Shown: positions 25,652-35,287 of the stretch, in pieces
Layout: the number at the start of each line of letters is the position of its first letter
Position numbering within the stretch: position 1 is the first letter of the stretch
Assembly (NCBI GenBank): GCA_022428285.1
Contig: JAKMCX010000099.1
Span: 1-63,872 of the forward strand
Source: Flavobacteriales bacterium
Lineage (GTDB): Bacteria > Bacteroidota > Bacteroidia > Flavobacteriales_D > Sanyastnellaceae
Direction of reading: 5' to 3'
Length of the DNA stretch: 63,872 nt
Translations under genes and position numbers: made by a program
The notes under the pieces: generated by a model
The model's database searches: none
What the model was told of the DNA's origin: nothing
What the model saw: only the letters and a program-made list of their open reading frames with translations

Positions 25652-26920
25652 ATGGATTTACGGAAATTCCTCCCCCTCATGGCCTTTGCCTTGCTGGCAA
25701 CGATGGCGACACCGTCGCTACTACAGGCCCAGTTGACCCAAGTGGAGACAGCTGAACAGCTGCAGCTCAACACCATCACTACAGCGGTCCCTTTCCTGAT
25801 GATCGCACCTGACAGCAGGAGTGGTGCTTTGGGAGATGCTGGAGTGGCCCTGTCTCCTGACGGCGCCGCCATGGCTTGGAACCCCGCCAGAATGGCATTT
25901 ACGGACCAGACCTTTGAAGCCCACCTCGGCTATGCCCCTTGGTTGCGTCAATTGGTGGACGACATGTCTTTGGCCTACCTGAGCGGAACCCGCAAGCTCA
26001 ACAAGCGTCAAGCCGTAGGCATGGCCCTGCGTTATTTTTCTCTGGGCAACATCACTTTTACCGACGTCAATGGAACAGCCATTCGGGATTTCAGCCCAAA
26101 CGAGTTCTCCTTTGACTTTGGCTTTTCCCAGAAGTTCGGCGACAATTTTAGCGGCGGCTTCACAGCCCGTTACATCCACTCGAACCTGACTGGAGGCACC
26201 AACATTTTGGGCGCAGACAGCCGTCCAGGACGTTCTGTAGCTGTTGACGTCGGCGTGTTCCATTCCAACGACAGGGTCAAGTTTGGTGACCGCGATGGCC
26301 GGATGAATTGGGGGGTCTGCATCTCCAACGTAGGCGCCAAGATGAGCTACACCGAAACCGCTGAACGCGATTTCATCCCCACCAACCTCAAGTCCGGGGT
26401 GGCGGCAACGGTGTTTTTGGACGACTACAACAACCTGACGTTCACGCTAGACGCCAACAAGCTGCTCGTGCCCACTGCTCCAGCATATGGAGAAGGTGCC
26501 GACGACGATTTGATTGTCAGTGGATTTGACCCCAATGTGGGTGTGGCCTCAGGCATCCTTCAGAGCTTCTATGATGCACCTGGAATCGTGGAACGTCAGG
26601 GAGACGGGTCATACTTGGTGCAGCCGGGCAGCGTCTTCCGCGAAGAAATGCGCGAAGTCAACCTCGGAGGTGGCATCGAATACGATTACAATGGCGTGTT
26701 TGCCGTGCGCGGAGGCTATTTCTATGAGCACTTCACAAAGGGCAACCGGCAGTTCATCACCCTGGGCGCTGGCATCAAGTACACGGTCCTCGACATCGAT
26801 TTGAGTTACCTCATCGCGACCACACAACAGAACCCTCTGGCCAATACCCTGCGCTTTTCTCTGAGGTTGGCGTTTGATGACGTTGTCGGAGGCAGCAACG
26901 ACGACCCTTCCAACTTCTGA
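25652..26920 (+). CDS. porV: T9SS outer-membrane shuttle protein PorV (LptO)
   Basis: 422 aa from ATG 25652. Signal peptide MDLRKFLPLMAFALLATMATPSLLQA, then SGALGDAGVALSPDGAAMAWNPARMAF. Beta-barrel pattern. Position downstream of porU. Confidence 0.8.
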   Translation: MDLRKFLPLMAFALLATMATPSLLQAQLTQVETAEQLQLNTITTAVPFLMIAPDSRSGALGDAGVALSPDGAAMAWNPARMAFTDQTFEAHLGYAPWLRQLVDDMSLAYLSGTRKLNKRQAVGMALRYFSLGNITFTDVNGTAIRDFSPNEFSFDFGFSQKFGDNFSGGFTARYIHSNLTGGTNILGADSRPGRSVAVDVGVFHSNDRVKFGDRDGRMNWGVCISNVGAKMSYTETAERDFIPTNLKSGVAATVFLDDYNNLTFTLDANKLLVPTAPAYGEGADDDLIVSGFDPNVGVASGILQSFYDAPGIVERQGDGSYLVQPGSVFREEMREVNLGGGIEYDYNGVFAVRGGYFYEHFTKGNRQFITLGAGIKYTVLDIDLSYLIATTQQNPLANTLRFSLRLAFDDVVGGSNDDPSNF

Positions 26921-26930
26921 TCCTTCCTGA

Positions 26931-27407
26931 ATGGATCTGCGCATCGGTTACGGTTACGACGTTCACCAACTTGCCGAGGGCGAAGAATTGTGGTTGGGAG
27001 GCATTTTGGTCCCCAGTGATTTTGGAGCGGTTGGCCACAGCGATGCCGACGTCCTGCTTCACGTGTTGTGCGATGCCTTGTTTGGTGCCCGTGCCATGGG
27101 CGACATAGGGGCTCATTTTCCCGATACGGACCCAGCCTACAAGGGCATTGACAGCAAGTTGTTGCTCCGTGAGACCGTCTCAAAAGTCTGCACAGAAGGA
27201 TGGGGTGTTGTCAATGTTGACGCGACCATTTGCCTCGAAAAGCCCAAGCTGAGGCCCCACATTGATGGCATGAGAATGTGCATCGCAGAATTGCTCAAAA
27301 TCCCTGTGGATTGTGTGGGTGTCAAGGCCACAACCACAGAGCAGTTGGGCTTTGTTGGAACAGGGAAGGGCATCAGTGCACATGCGGTGGTGTTGTTAAG
27401 CCGTTAA
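26931..27407 (+). CDS. ispF: 2-C-methyl-D-erythritol 2,4-cyclodiphosphate synthase
   Basis: 158 aa; GYGYDVHQL..GHSDADVLLHVLCDALFGA. Confidence 0.95.
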   Translation: MDLRIGYGYDVHQLAEGEELWLGGILVPSDFGAVGHSDADVLLHVLCDALFGARAMGDIGAHFPDTDPAYKGIDSKLLLRETVSKVCTEGWGVVNVDATICLEKPKLRPHIDGMRMCIAELLKIPVDCVGVKATTTEQLGFVGTGKGISAHAVVLLSR

Positions 27408-27453
27408 GGTGCCTGTCCACTGAGGTTGCAGGGTTATATTTGTCTCTTGCAAT

Positions 27454-28518
27454 TTGGGCATCATGACGACCACTACGCCTGCTAAGAAGACAACTTCCCG
27501 CAGTAAATCCGCCTCCAAGAAGGCGACAAAGCCAGCCTTTACAAAGGCTACCTATGTGAAATGGCACCGCGAGATGCTGCTGATGCGGCGTTTCGAGGAA
27601 CGCTGTGGCCACCTCTACATCCAGCAGAAGTTTGGCGGATTTTGCCATCTGTATATCGGACAAGAAGCGGTCCTCGCGGGGATGGTCAAGGGGATCAAAC
27701 CCAGTGACCGTGTGATCACCGCATACCGCGACCATGCGCATCCATTGATTTTGGGTACAGACCCTAAAATTGTCATGGCGGAGCTCTACGGCAAGAGAAC
27801 CGGATCCAGCAAAGGCAAAGGAGGGTCCATGCACATGTTCGACAAGGAGCGCAACCTCTTCGGAGGTCACGGCATTGTAGGCGGACAGATTGGCTTGGGC
27901 GCTGGCATCGCGTTTGCTGACAAATACCGCAAGGAGGACCATGTCACCGTTTGCTTCTTTGGAGACGGAGCGGCCCGCCAAGGCATGTTGCACGAGACCT
28001 TCAACATGGCCATGACCTGGAAGCTCCCCGTCATCTATGTGGTGGAGAACAACAAGTACGCCATGGGCACGTCCGTTGAACGGACCACCAACGTTACAGA
28101 CCTTTCCAAGTTGGGCGCCTCTTATGAGATGCCGGCGGAGTCTGTCGATGGCATGTCACCCGAGGCCGTGGCAGAAGCCATGAAGCGCGCTGCAGACCAT
28201 TGTCGCACAGGCGAAGGGCCGTACCTCCTCGACATCCAGACTTATCGCTACAAAGGGCACTCCATGAGTGACCCCCAGAAATACCGCACAAAAGATGAGG
28301 TCGCTGAATTCCAACAGCGTGACCCCATCAACCATTGCGCCAAGGTGCTCCAAGACAACAAGTGGATGACTGAAGCCCAGCTCAAGGAGGTGGACAAAGA
28401 GGTCAAAGCCATTGTAGAGGAGGCCATTAAGTTTGCCGAAGAGAGCCCGCTTCCAGAGAAGCACGAGCTTTATGAAGACGTGTACGTCACTCCGGACTAT
28501 CCATTTGTAAACGACTGA
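27454..28518 (+). CDS. pdhA: Pyruvate dehydrogenase E1 component, alpha subunit
   Basis: 354 aa; TPP motifs GKGGSMHMF, GIVGGQIGLGAGIAFA, FFGDGAARQG, ENNKYAMGT. Confidence 0.9.
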   Translation: MGIMTTTTPAKKTTSRSKSASKKATKPAFTKATYVKWHREMLLMRRFEERCGHLYIQQKFGGFCHLYIGQEAVLAGMVKGIKPSDRVITAYRDHAHPLILGTDPKIVMAELYGKRTGSSKGKGGSMHMFDKERNLFGGHGIVGGQIGLGAGIAFADKYRKEDHVTVCFFGDGAARQGMLHETFNMAMTWKLPVIYVVENNKYAMGTSVERTTNVTDLSKLGASYEMPAESVDGMSPEAVAEAMKRAADHCRTGEGPYLLDIQTYRYKGHSMSDPQKYRTKDEVAEFQQRDPINHCAKVLQDNKWMTEAQLKEVDKEVKAIVEEAIKFAEESPLPEKHELYEDVYVTPDYPFVND

Positions 28519-28529
28519 CTCTAGCTGAT

Positions 28530-29783
28530 ATGGCAGAAATCGTACGCATGCCCAAGCTCAGTGACACCATGACCGAAGGAGTCGTGGCTGAGTGGCACAA
28601 GAAAGTGGGTGACCCGGTCGAATCCGGCGAGGTACTCGCGGAAATCGAGACCGACAAGGCGACCATGGAGTTCGAGTCTTTCCAAGACGGTGTGCTGCTG
28701 CACATTGGAGTGGACAAGGGCGCTACTGCAGCCGTGGACAGCATTCTGGCCATCCTAGGAGAGGCAGGAGAAGATGTGTCCAGCTTGCTCACAGCAGAGG
28801 CCGCAGCGCCAGCTGAAGCTGCTGCGCCCGCACCGACACCTGCGCCCGCTCCTGCCCCGGCAGCTCCGGTTCCTGCTCCAGCGGCTCCAGCTCCAGTAGC
28901 TGTGGCAGCTCCCGCAGCTGCTCCCGCTGTGCCGCTTCCGTCTTCCAATGGAAAGGTCAAAGCTTCGCCGCTTGCCGCCCGTTTGGCAGCAGAACGCAGC
29001 ATTGACCTCGGTCGGGTGACCGGAACAGGCGAAGGTGGCCGCATCGTCAAGCGCGATATCGAAGCCTACGTTCCCGCTGCTGCTGGAGGTCTTGGCGCCG
29101 TAGAGTCTTCAACCGACACTCCTGTGTCGCAAATGCGCAAAACCATTGCGCGCCGCCTGGCTGAGTCCAAGTTCACTGCACCGCATTTCTACCTCAAGCT
29201 GTCTGTTGAGATGGACGCAGCGGTTGAAGCACGCAAAGCCATCAACGCCCAAGAAGGCGTCAAGGTGAGCTTCAATGACATGGTCGTAAAGGCCGTTTCA
29301 TTGGCTTTGAAGAAGCATCCTGCCGTGAACAGCGCATGGATGGACACCTACATCCGCACCAATGACCACGTGCACATTGGTGTCGCCGTGGCGGTAGAGG
29401 ACGGGTTGCTTGTCCCTGTGGTGCGCCATGCGGACCGCAAGTCGCTCACAGAAATTGGAGCAGAAGTCAAAGATTTTGCAGGCAAAGCCCGCGACAAGAA
29501 GCTGCAGCCCAGTGATTGGGAAGGCAACACCTTCACCATTTCCAACCTCGGCATGTTCGGCATCGAGGACTTTACGGCCATCATCAACCCACCAGATGCG
29601 TGCATCTTGGCAGTGGGAGGCATTTCAGACGTTCCAGTTGTTCGGGACGGTGCAGTCGTTCCAGGCAAAATCATGAAGCTCACTTTGAGCTGTGATCACC
29701 GCGCAGTAGACGGCGCCACGGGTGCAGCCTTCCTTCAGGAAGTCAAGTCTCTGTTGGAGCACCCTGTCCGCATGCTGGCCTAA
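28530..29783 (+). CDS. pdhC: Dihydrolipoamide acetyltransferase (E2) of the pyruvate dehydrogenase complex
   Basis: Single lipoyl domain (EIETDKATMEFES), long Ala/Pro linker, catalytic DHRAVDG. Confidence 0.9.
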   Translation: MAEIVRMPKLSDTMTEGVVAEWHKKVGDPVESGEVLAEIETDKATMEFESFQDGVLLHIGVDKGATAAVDSILAILGEAGEDVSSLLTAEAAAPAEAAAPAPTPAPAPAPAAPVPAPAAPAPVAVAAPAAAPAVPLPSSNGKVKASPLAARLAAERSIDLGRVTGTGEGGRIVKRDIEAYVPAAAGGLGAVESSTDTPVSQMRKTIARRLAESKFTAPHFYLKLSVEMDAAVEARKAINAQEGVKVSFNDMVVKAVSLALKKHPAVNSAWMDTYIRTNDHVHIGVAVAVEDGLLVPVVRHADRKSLTEIGAEVKDFAGKARDKKLQPSDWEGNTFTISNLGMFGIEDFTAIINPPDACILAVGGISDVPVVRDGAVVPGKIMKLTLSCDHRAVDGATGAAFLQEVKSLLEHPVRMLA

Positions 29784-29795
29784 TTTCCGGCCACT

Positions 29796-31916
29796 ATGCC
29801 GGAACCGCTGAGCGCTGCTACCCCGATCGAATTCCTCAAAGGAATAGGTCCAAAGCGGGCGGAAGCGTTGGTGGAAGATCTGGGCATCAGAACATGCGGT
29901 GACCTTTTGTTTCACCTGCCTTTTCGGTACGAAGACCGGACTAAGTTTCACCGGGTTTCGGAAGCAGTTCCGGGTCCTGTACAACTGCAATTGCGCGGTG
30001 TCATTCGGACGACAAACGAAGTCAAGCAAAAGCGCGGTAGCCGCCTCGAAGCTGAGTTTGTAGACGAACATGGCGACGCCCTTTCGCTGGTGTGGTTCAA
30101 GGGTGTCAAATGGGTCGCCCGCAACCTACCGGTGGGCAAGCCCTGCGTGGTATGGGGCCGCGTCTCGGAATTCAAGGGCGCGCGCAACATGGCCCATCCT
30201 GAAGTGCTTTCCTTGCAGGAGGTAAAGGCGGCCTCGGCCCTGCATCCCGTCTACGGATCAACCGAACGCTTGGGCCGCTTTGGATTGCATTCCAATGGCA
30301 TAGGGCAGGCGGTGGTCAGGTTGATGGGAATGCTGAGGGATGCACACGGCCCCCAATGGATGGTCGAGACCTTGCCCGAAGAAATCTTGAAACTTCGGGG
30401 CATGCCGGGACTGGCTCCGGCGCTGGAACATGTGCACCGTCCCGCCGACGTGAATGCAGAGCGCTTGGGCCGATTTAGACTCAAATTCGAGGAGTTTTTG
30501 TTTCTCCAATTGCTCTTGGTTCAGCACCGGAACAAGCAAACGGTGCAGCAACCAGGCGCGGTCTTCGCGACCGTGGGTGAAATGTTCAACCGGTTCTATT
30601 CGGAGCGCATACCGTTTGAGCTCACGGGTGCCCAAAAGCGGGTCATTCGCGAAATCCGAGAAGACACGCGCAATGGCTTGCACATGAACCGGTTGCTGCA
30701 AGGCGACGTGGGCAGTGGCAAGACCATGGTGGCGCTGTTGACGGCCCTTATGGCCATCGACAACGGCTGCCAGGTGTGCATCATGGCCCCGACAGAAATC
30801 TTGGCGCAGCAACATTTCGAAGGGTTCCGGGAGATGTTGGGCGACCTCCCCGTCCGGGTCGAGATCCTGACGGGTTCGGTTAAAAAGGCCGACCGCAGGC
30901 CCATCCTCTCCGGCCTCGCCGAAGGAGCGGTGCATTTGCTGATCGGCACACATGCGGTTCTCGAGCCGGCTGTGGAGTTCGCAAATTTGGGACTCGTGGT
31001 CATCGATGAGCAGCATCGGTTTGGGGTGGCGCAAAGGGCGCGTTTGTGGGCAAAGGCCACCATACCCCCGCACATCCTCGTGATGACAGCCACGCCCATC
31101 CCCCGGACCTTGAGCATGACCGTTTACGGTGACCTCGATGTGAGCGTCATCGATGAACTGCCACCCGGCCGAAAGCCCATCCGCACGGTTCACCGCACCG
31201 ATGCCCAACGGCTGGGCGTGTTTGGTTTCATGCGCGAGCAGATTGCCCAAGGCCGCCAAGTGTATGTGGTGTACCCGTTGATCGAAGAGTCTTCACAGCT
31301 CGACTACAAAGACTTAATGGACGGGTATGAAAGCCTCACCCGTCACTTCACACCGCCGGATTACCGATTGAGCATCGTGCACGGCCGCATGAAGGCAGAA
31401 GACAAAGACGCCGAGATGCGAAGGTTTGCCGAAGGCACTACGCAGATCATGGTGGCCACCACGGTGATCGAAGTGGGCGTCAACGTCCCCAACGCGTCGG
31501 TGATGGTGATCGAAAGTGCCGAGCGCTTCGGGTTGAGTCAGTTGCACCAGCTCAGAGGTCGCGTGGGTCGCGGTGCCGCCCAGAGTTTCTGCATTTTGAT
31601 GAGCGACAAGGAGTTGGGCAAGGAAGCCCGCCGAAGGCTGGAGACCATGTGCCGCACACAGGACGGGTTTGAAATCGCAGAAGTTGATCTGGAGCTCAGG
31701 GGTCCTGGCGATTTGATGGGCACCAAGCAGAGTGGGGTGTTGGACCTCAAGGTGGCCGACCTCGTGAAGGACCGGGCGCTTCTGGAGGATGCACGTGACG
31801 TGGCCCGGCGGATCTTGAAGCAAGATCCAGATTTGAACCGCCCAGCCCATGCACTGCTGCGGACAGGAGTAGAGCGGTTGCGCGCAGCCCGGCCTGATTG
31901 GAGCCGCATTTCCTAG
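29796..31916 (+). CDS. recG: ATP-dependent DNA helicase RecG
   Basis: 706 aa with a wedge/OB N-terminus and helicase motifs GDVGSGKT, DEQHRFGV and QLRGRVGRG. Confidence 0.95.
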   Translation: MPEPLSAATPIEFLKGIGPKRAEALVEDLGIRTCGDLLFHLPFRYEDRTKFHRVSEAVPGPVQLQLRGVIRTTNEVKQKRGSRLEAEFVDEHGDALSLVWFKGVKWVARNLPVGKPCVVWGRVSEFKGARNMAHPEVLSLQEVKAASALHPVYGSTERLGRFGLHSNGIGQAVVRLMGMLRDAHGPQWMVETLPEEILKLRGMPGLAPALEHVHRPADVNAERLGRFRLKFEEFLFLQLLLVQHRNKQTVQQPGAVFATVGEMFNRFYSERIPFELTGAQKRVIREIREDTRNGLHMNRLLQGDVGSGKTMVALLTALMAIDNGCQVCIMAPTEILAQQHFEGFREMLGDLPVRVEILTGSVKKADRRPILSGLAEGAVHLLIGTHAVLEPAVEFANLGLVVIDEQHRFGVAQRARLWAKATIPPHILVMTATPIPRTLSMTVYGDLDVSVIDELPPGRKPIRTVHRTDAQRLGVFGFMREQIAQGRQVYVVYPLIEESSQLDYKDLMDGYESLTRHFTPPDYRLSIVHGRMKAEDKDAEMRRFAEGTTQIMVATTVIEVGVNVPNASVMVIESAERFGLSQLHQLRGRVGRGAAQSFCILMSDKELGKEARRRLETMCRTQDGFEIAEVDLELRGPGDLMGTKQSGVLDLKVADLVKDRALLEDARDVARRILKQDPDLNRPAHALLRTGVERLRAARPDWSRIS

Positions 31917-32027
31917 AGGGTGCAGGGCAGGTGATTTGGCGCGTGCTGTCCGCATCCATTGTAGGAATGGGGAAATTCTCCCAACGGCAACGTTCAATCG
32001 CAGGGCAGGGCACATAAATTGGCACCA

Positions 32028-32966
32028 ATGAACGCGGGAGGAACAACTTTTTGGGTGGCCTTGATGGTGGCCTTGGGCCTGGCCGGTGGCAGCACATGGG
32101 CATTTTTGTCGGACACAGCATCTCCGGAGGAACCCAGCATTGAGCAAGCCCGTCCCGAAACCGACGCAACATTAGAAGTCGCCAGCGAACCCTTGGCAGC
32201 TGACCAGGACGTGGCAGCAGATGCTGAAGACGTAGAGGCGGATGTCACCTTCAGCTTTGCCAATGAGGTGGTTCGGTTTGAGGATGACATGTACTTGGAG
32301 CAGGACGACCTGTTCATGGTCACCTGCCGCAGTCCTGGGCGCGATGTGAAGTGGGAATACGAAATGGACGCGCCGCTGATTGCGGGCGTTCGAACAGATG
32401 CCAATGACGACGGACCTCGGGAGTTTCTACTGGTGGACTCCCGCCAAGGGGTCGGTCTCGATCCAGAAGGAAGGCCCATCACAGGGTTCAACATCAAACC
32501 TTCGGAGGCCATCACCAGCTTTGCCCTGGTAGATTATGAAGGCGATGGAAAAGAACGGTACCTCTTTGGCTTGGCCGATGGCCGGGTGTTGAATTACCGC
32601 AACTTGGGTGAGCCGACTCCGGGTTGGAAGCACGCATCCAAAGGCAAAGGAGTGCAAGCCATTGCCCATTTGCGCGCCGGCCGAAAGGACTACATCTGCA
32701 CCGTCGATGAAGGGGGCGTCGTCATGTTGCTCAAGCGCAACGGTCAGCGCCGTGTTCGCACTCCAGTTCAACTGCACCGATCCGCTGGAAGCCGGGCGGT
32801 GGCCTTTGACGTGAGGGCCGACATAGGCTCGAGCACCATCATCGCCAGAAATGCAGAAGGCACGGTGGAGTCCCGCCAATTTGGGGACGGCGTCGCCCGC
32901 CCTGCTTCAGAAGCGGAGCAACAGCTCATGGAGGTGGCCGAAAGCCGCCTCTCCTCCGAAGATTAG
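32028..32966 (+). CDS. Hypothetical membrane-anchored protein with acidic linker and FG-GAP-like Ca-loop motifs
   Basis: ATG 32028. N-terminal TM (TTFWVALMVALGLAGG), a D/E-rich stretch, then TDANDDGPREFLL and VDYEGDGKERYLFG motifs. Confidence 0.5.
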   Translation: MNAGGTTFWVALMVALGLAGGSTWAFLSDTASPEEPSIEQARPETDATLEVASEPLAADQDVAADAEDVEADVTFSFANEVVRFEDDMYLEQDDLFMVTCRSPGRDVKWEYEMDAPLIAGVRTDANDDGPREFLLVDSRQGVGLDPEGRPITGFNIKPSEAITSFALVDYEGDGKERYLFGLADGRVLNYRNLGEPTPGWKHASKGKGVQAIAHLRAGRKDYICTVDEGGVVMLLKRNGQRRVRTPVQLHRSAGSRAVAFDVRADIGSSTIIARNAEGTVESRQFGDGVARPASEAEQQLMEVAESRLSSED

Positions 32967-32970
32967 GGTC

Positions 32971-34113
32971 TTAGTCCTGCAGGATGGCCCGCGAAATCAC
33001 AATGCGCTGCACTTCGCTGGTGCCTTCGTAGATCTGCGTGATTTTGGAGTCACGCATGAGCCTTTCGACGTGGTATTCCTTGACGTATCCGTATCCGCCA
33101 TGGATTTGTACCGCTTGGTCTGAAGCACGACCAGCCACTTCCGAAGCGTAGAGCTTGGCCATAGAACTGGCGAGGTCATAGTCCTGGCCTTGGTCCTTGA
33201 GCCAAGCGGCTTTCAAACACAGCATGCGCGCCGCTTCGACTTCGGTAGCCATGTCGGCCAACTTGAATGCGATGGCTTGGTGTTTGTGGATTTCCTTGCC
33301 AAATGCCTTGCGTTCTTTGGAATAGGCCAGGGCGAATTCCAAGGAGCCAGATGCAATGCCCAGGGCCTGCGCGGCAATGCCAATGCGGCCCCCAGAAAGG
33401 GTCTTCATGGCGAACTTGAAGCCAAACCCGTCTTCGCCAATGCGGTTGGCTTTGGGGACTTTGACGTCTTGGAACATCAAGGTGTGGGTGTCGCTGCCGC
33501 GGATGCCCATTTTATCTTCCTTGGCCCCCACGGTAAAGCCCTCCATGCCGCGTTCCAGAACGAGGCAGTTGATGCCGCGGTGCCCTTTGTCGGCATCGGT
33601 TTGGGCAATCACCAGATAGGTGCTTGCTGAACCGCCGTTGGTGATCCAATTCTTGGTGCCGTTCACGAGGTAGTGGTCCCCCATGTCAATGGCAGTGGTG
33701 CGCTGGCTGGTGGCATCGCTGCCCGCCTCTGGTTCGCTCAAACAGAAGGCTCCGATTTTTTTGCCGCTGGCCAAAGGTGTGAGGAATTTCTCCTTCTGTT
33801 CTTCAGTGCCAAACTCCTCCAATCCCCAGCATACCAAAGAGTTGTTCACGGAGACGGAGACCGAGGCGGAAGCGTCGATTTTGGACAGCTCTTCCATGGC
33901 GAGGACGTAGCTTACGGTGTCCATGCCACTACCTCCGTATTTGGGGTCCACCATCATGCCCATGAAACCCAGCTCACCGAGCTGCTTGATTTCCTCTGCG
34001 GGGAACCGCTGGGCATTGTCGCGCTCGATCACGCCTGGTTTCAGGACGTTTTGGGCGAAATCACGTGCGGCATCGCGTACCGCTTTCTGTTCTTCAGAGA
34101 GTTCCAGGATCAT
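32971..34113 (-). CDS. Acyl-CoA dehydrogenase (short/medium-chain type)
   Basis: 380 aa from ATG 34113 (MILELSEEQKAVRDAARDF). Typical ACAD motifs through to ..QIYEGTSEVQRIVISRAIL. Confidence 0.9.
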   Translation of the reverse strand: MILELSEEQKAVRDAARDFAQNVLKPGVIERDNAQRFPAEEIKQLGELGFMGMMVDPKYGGSGMDTVSYVLAMEELSKIDASASVSVSVNNSLVCWGLEEFGTEEQKEKFLTPLASGKKIGAFCLSEPEAGSDATSQRTTAIDMGDHYLVNGTKNWITNGGSASTYLVIAQTDADKGHRGINCLVLERGMEGFTVGAKEDKMGIRGSDTHTLMFQDVKVPKANRIGEDGFGFKFAMKTLSGGRIGIAAQALGIASGSLEFALAYSKERKAFGKEIHKHQAIAFKLADMATEVEAARMLCLKAAWLKDQGQDYDLASSMAKLYASEVAGRASDQAVQIHGGYGYVKEYHVERLMRDSKITQIYEGTSEVQRIVISRAILQD

Positions 34114-34175
34114 TGCAGGGAGGCTCGATATTTCTGTGTGCAAAGATAGCCCATACCCCCCGCTAAGCCGTGCGC

Positions 34176-35282
34176 ATGGCTGAATCGACCTTGGCAGTTG
34201 GCACCATGTCCGGAACCTCTTGCGATGGGTTCGATGTCGCATTGTGCCGCATAGGGGCCGATGGGGACCATGTGGAGTTGTTGGAAATCAGGCAGGTGGA
34301 CTATCCAATGCGGTGGAAAAACATCCTGCGACACCTCGGAGAATGCACCGAAGTTCAAGCCTTCGAAATCGAGGCTGAGTGGTCGGTATGGGTCTTGCAG
34401 GCCTTGAAAACCTGCCTCATCGATTGGAAATCCGCTCACGGAACGCCCCAACTGATCGGCTTTAGTGGCCACACCTGGTTCCACGAGCCGGGTGGCCGGG
34501 GTACTGCAGCCATCGGCGACGCCAAAATGCTCGCACAATCTTTGGGAATACCTGTGGTCGCAGATTACCGCACTGCCGATGTGGCGGCAGGTGGCCAAGG
34601 TGCTCCTCTCGTTCCATTGTTTGACGCCCATGCATTTGGCGCATTTGGATGTTGCATCAATCTTGGCGGCATCGCCAATGCGACGGTCCTGCCGCCTGAA
34701 ACGGATCGGGTCCGCGCTTGGGATATAGTGGGCTGCAACTTGCTCTTGAACCGACAGGCCGGTCGGCTTGGGCTGGAATACGATGCCGATGGGGAGTCAG
34801 CGGCACAGGGCAAGTTGAATGCGGCAGCCAAATCGAAGCTGGACCAGTGGGCCTATTTACAGCGGGTTCCGCCCAAATCATTGGCCGCTGAGGACCTGTC
34901 AGCATTGCACGCCATTCTGGATGGCATTGACGCTCCCCAAGACGCTTTGTGCACCGCAGTGGAATGGATGGCAGAAGCCATAGGGGCTTCTTTGGACCTG
35001 AGCCCCTCTGGCGGTCGGGTGCTGGTCACTGGAGGCGGCGCCCATCACAAGGTTTTGGTGCAGCGCATTGCCCATTTCTTGCCAGCGGGCTGGACCCTCG
35101 AAGTCCCTGAGAGGATTTGGGTAGACGGCAAAGAAGCCGCAGCCTTTGCATGGCTTGCGTGGCGAACGGTCCGAAGACTCCCGACATCATTGGCCTCTGT
35201 GACTGGAGCCGATAGAGACGTTTGTGGAGGGAGGGTCTTCGGTAACTTCGCCGCACACCAGGAGGGGTTTGATCCCCGTTGA
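34176..35282 (+). CDS. anmK: Anhydro-N-acetylmuramic acid kinase
   Basis: N-terminal GTMSGTSCDGFDVAL motif, length about 368 aa. The stop overlaps the next gene region. Confidence 0.85.
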   Translation: MAESTLAVGTMSGTSCDGFDVALCRIGADGDHVELLEIRQVDYPMRWKNILRHLGECTEVQAFEIEAEWSVWVLQALKTCLIDWKSAHGTPQLIGFSGHTWFHEPGGRGTAAIGDAKMLAQSLGIPVVADYRTADVAAGGQGAPLVPLFDAHAFGAFGCCINLGGIANATVLPPETDRVRAWDIVGCNLLLNRQAGRLGLEYDADGESAAQGKLNAAAKSKLDQWAYLQRVPPKSLAAEDLSALHAILDGIDAPQDALCTAVEWMAEAIGASLDLSPSGGRVLVTGGGAHHKVLVQRIAHFLPAGWTLEVPERIWVDGKEAAAFAWLAWRTVRRLPTSLASVTGADRDVCGGRVFGNFAAHQEGFDPR

Positions 35283-35287
35283 ACGGA

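Noticed and set aside
28487-29050. 187-aa minus-strand ORF rich in Gly/Ala (GAGAAGAGTGAAGAGAGAGVGAGAA)
   Set aside because: It is the reverse complement of the Ala/Pro-rich inter-domain linker of the E2 acetyltransferase, so it is a low-complexity artefact.
27454-29783. pdhA followed directly by the E2 gene with no E1 beta subunit between them
   Set aside because: I considered gene loss. However, E1 beta encoded elsewhere is, as far as I recall, a common arrangement in Bacteroidota, and both genes present are intact.
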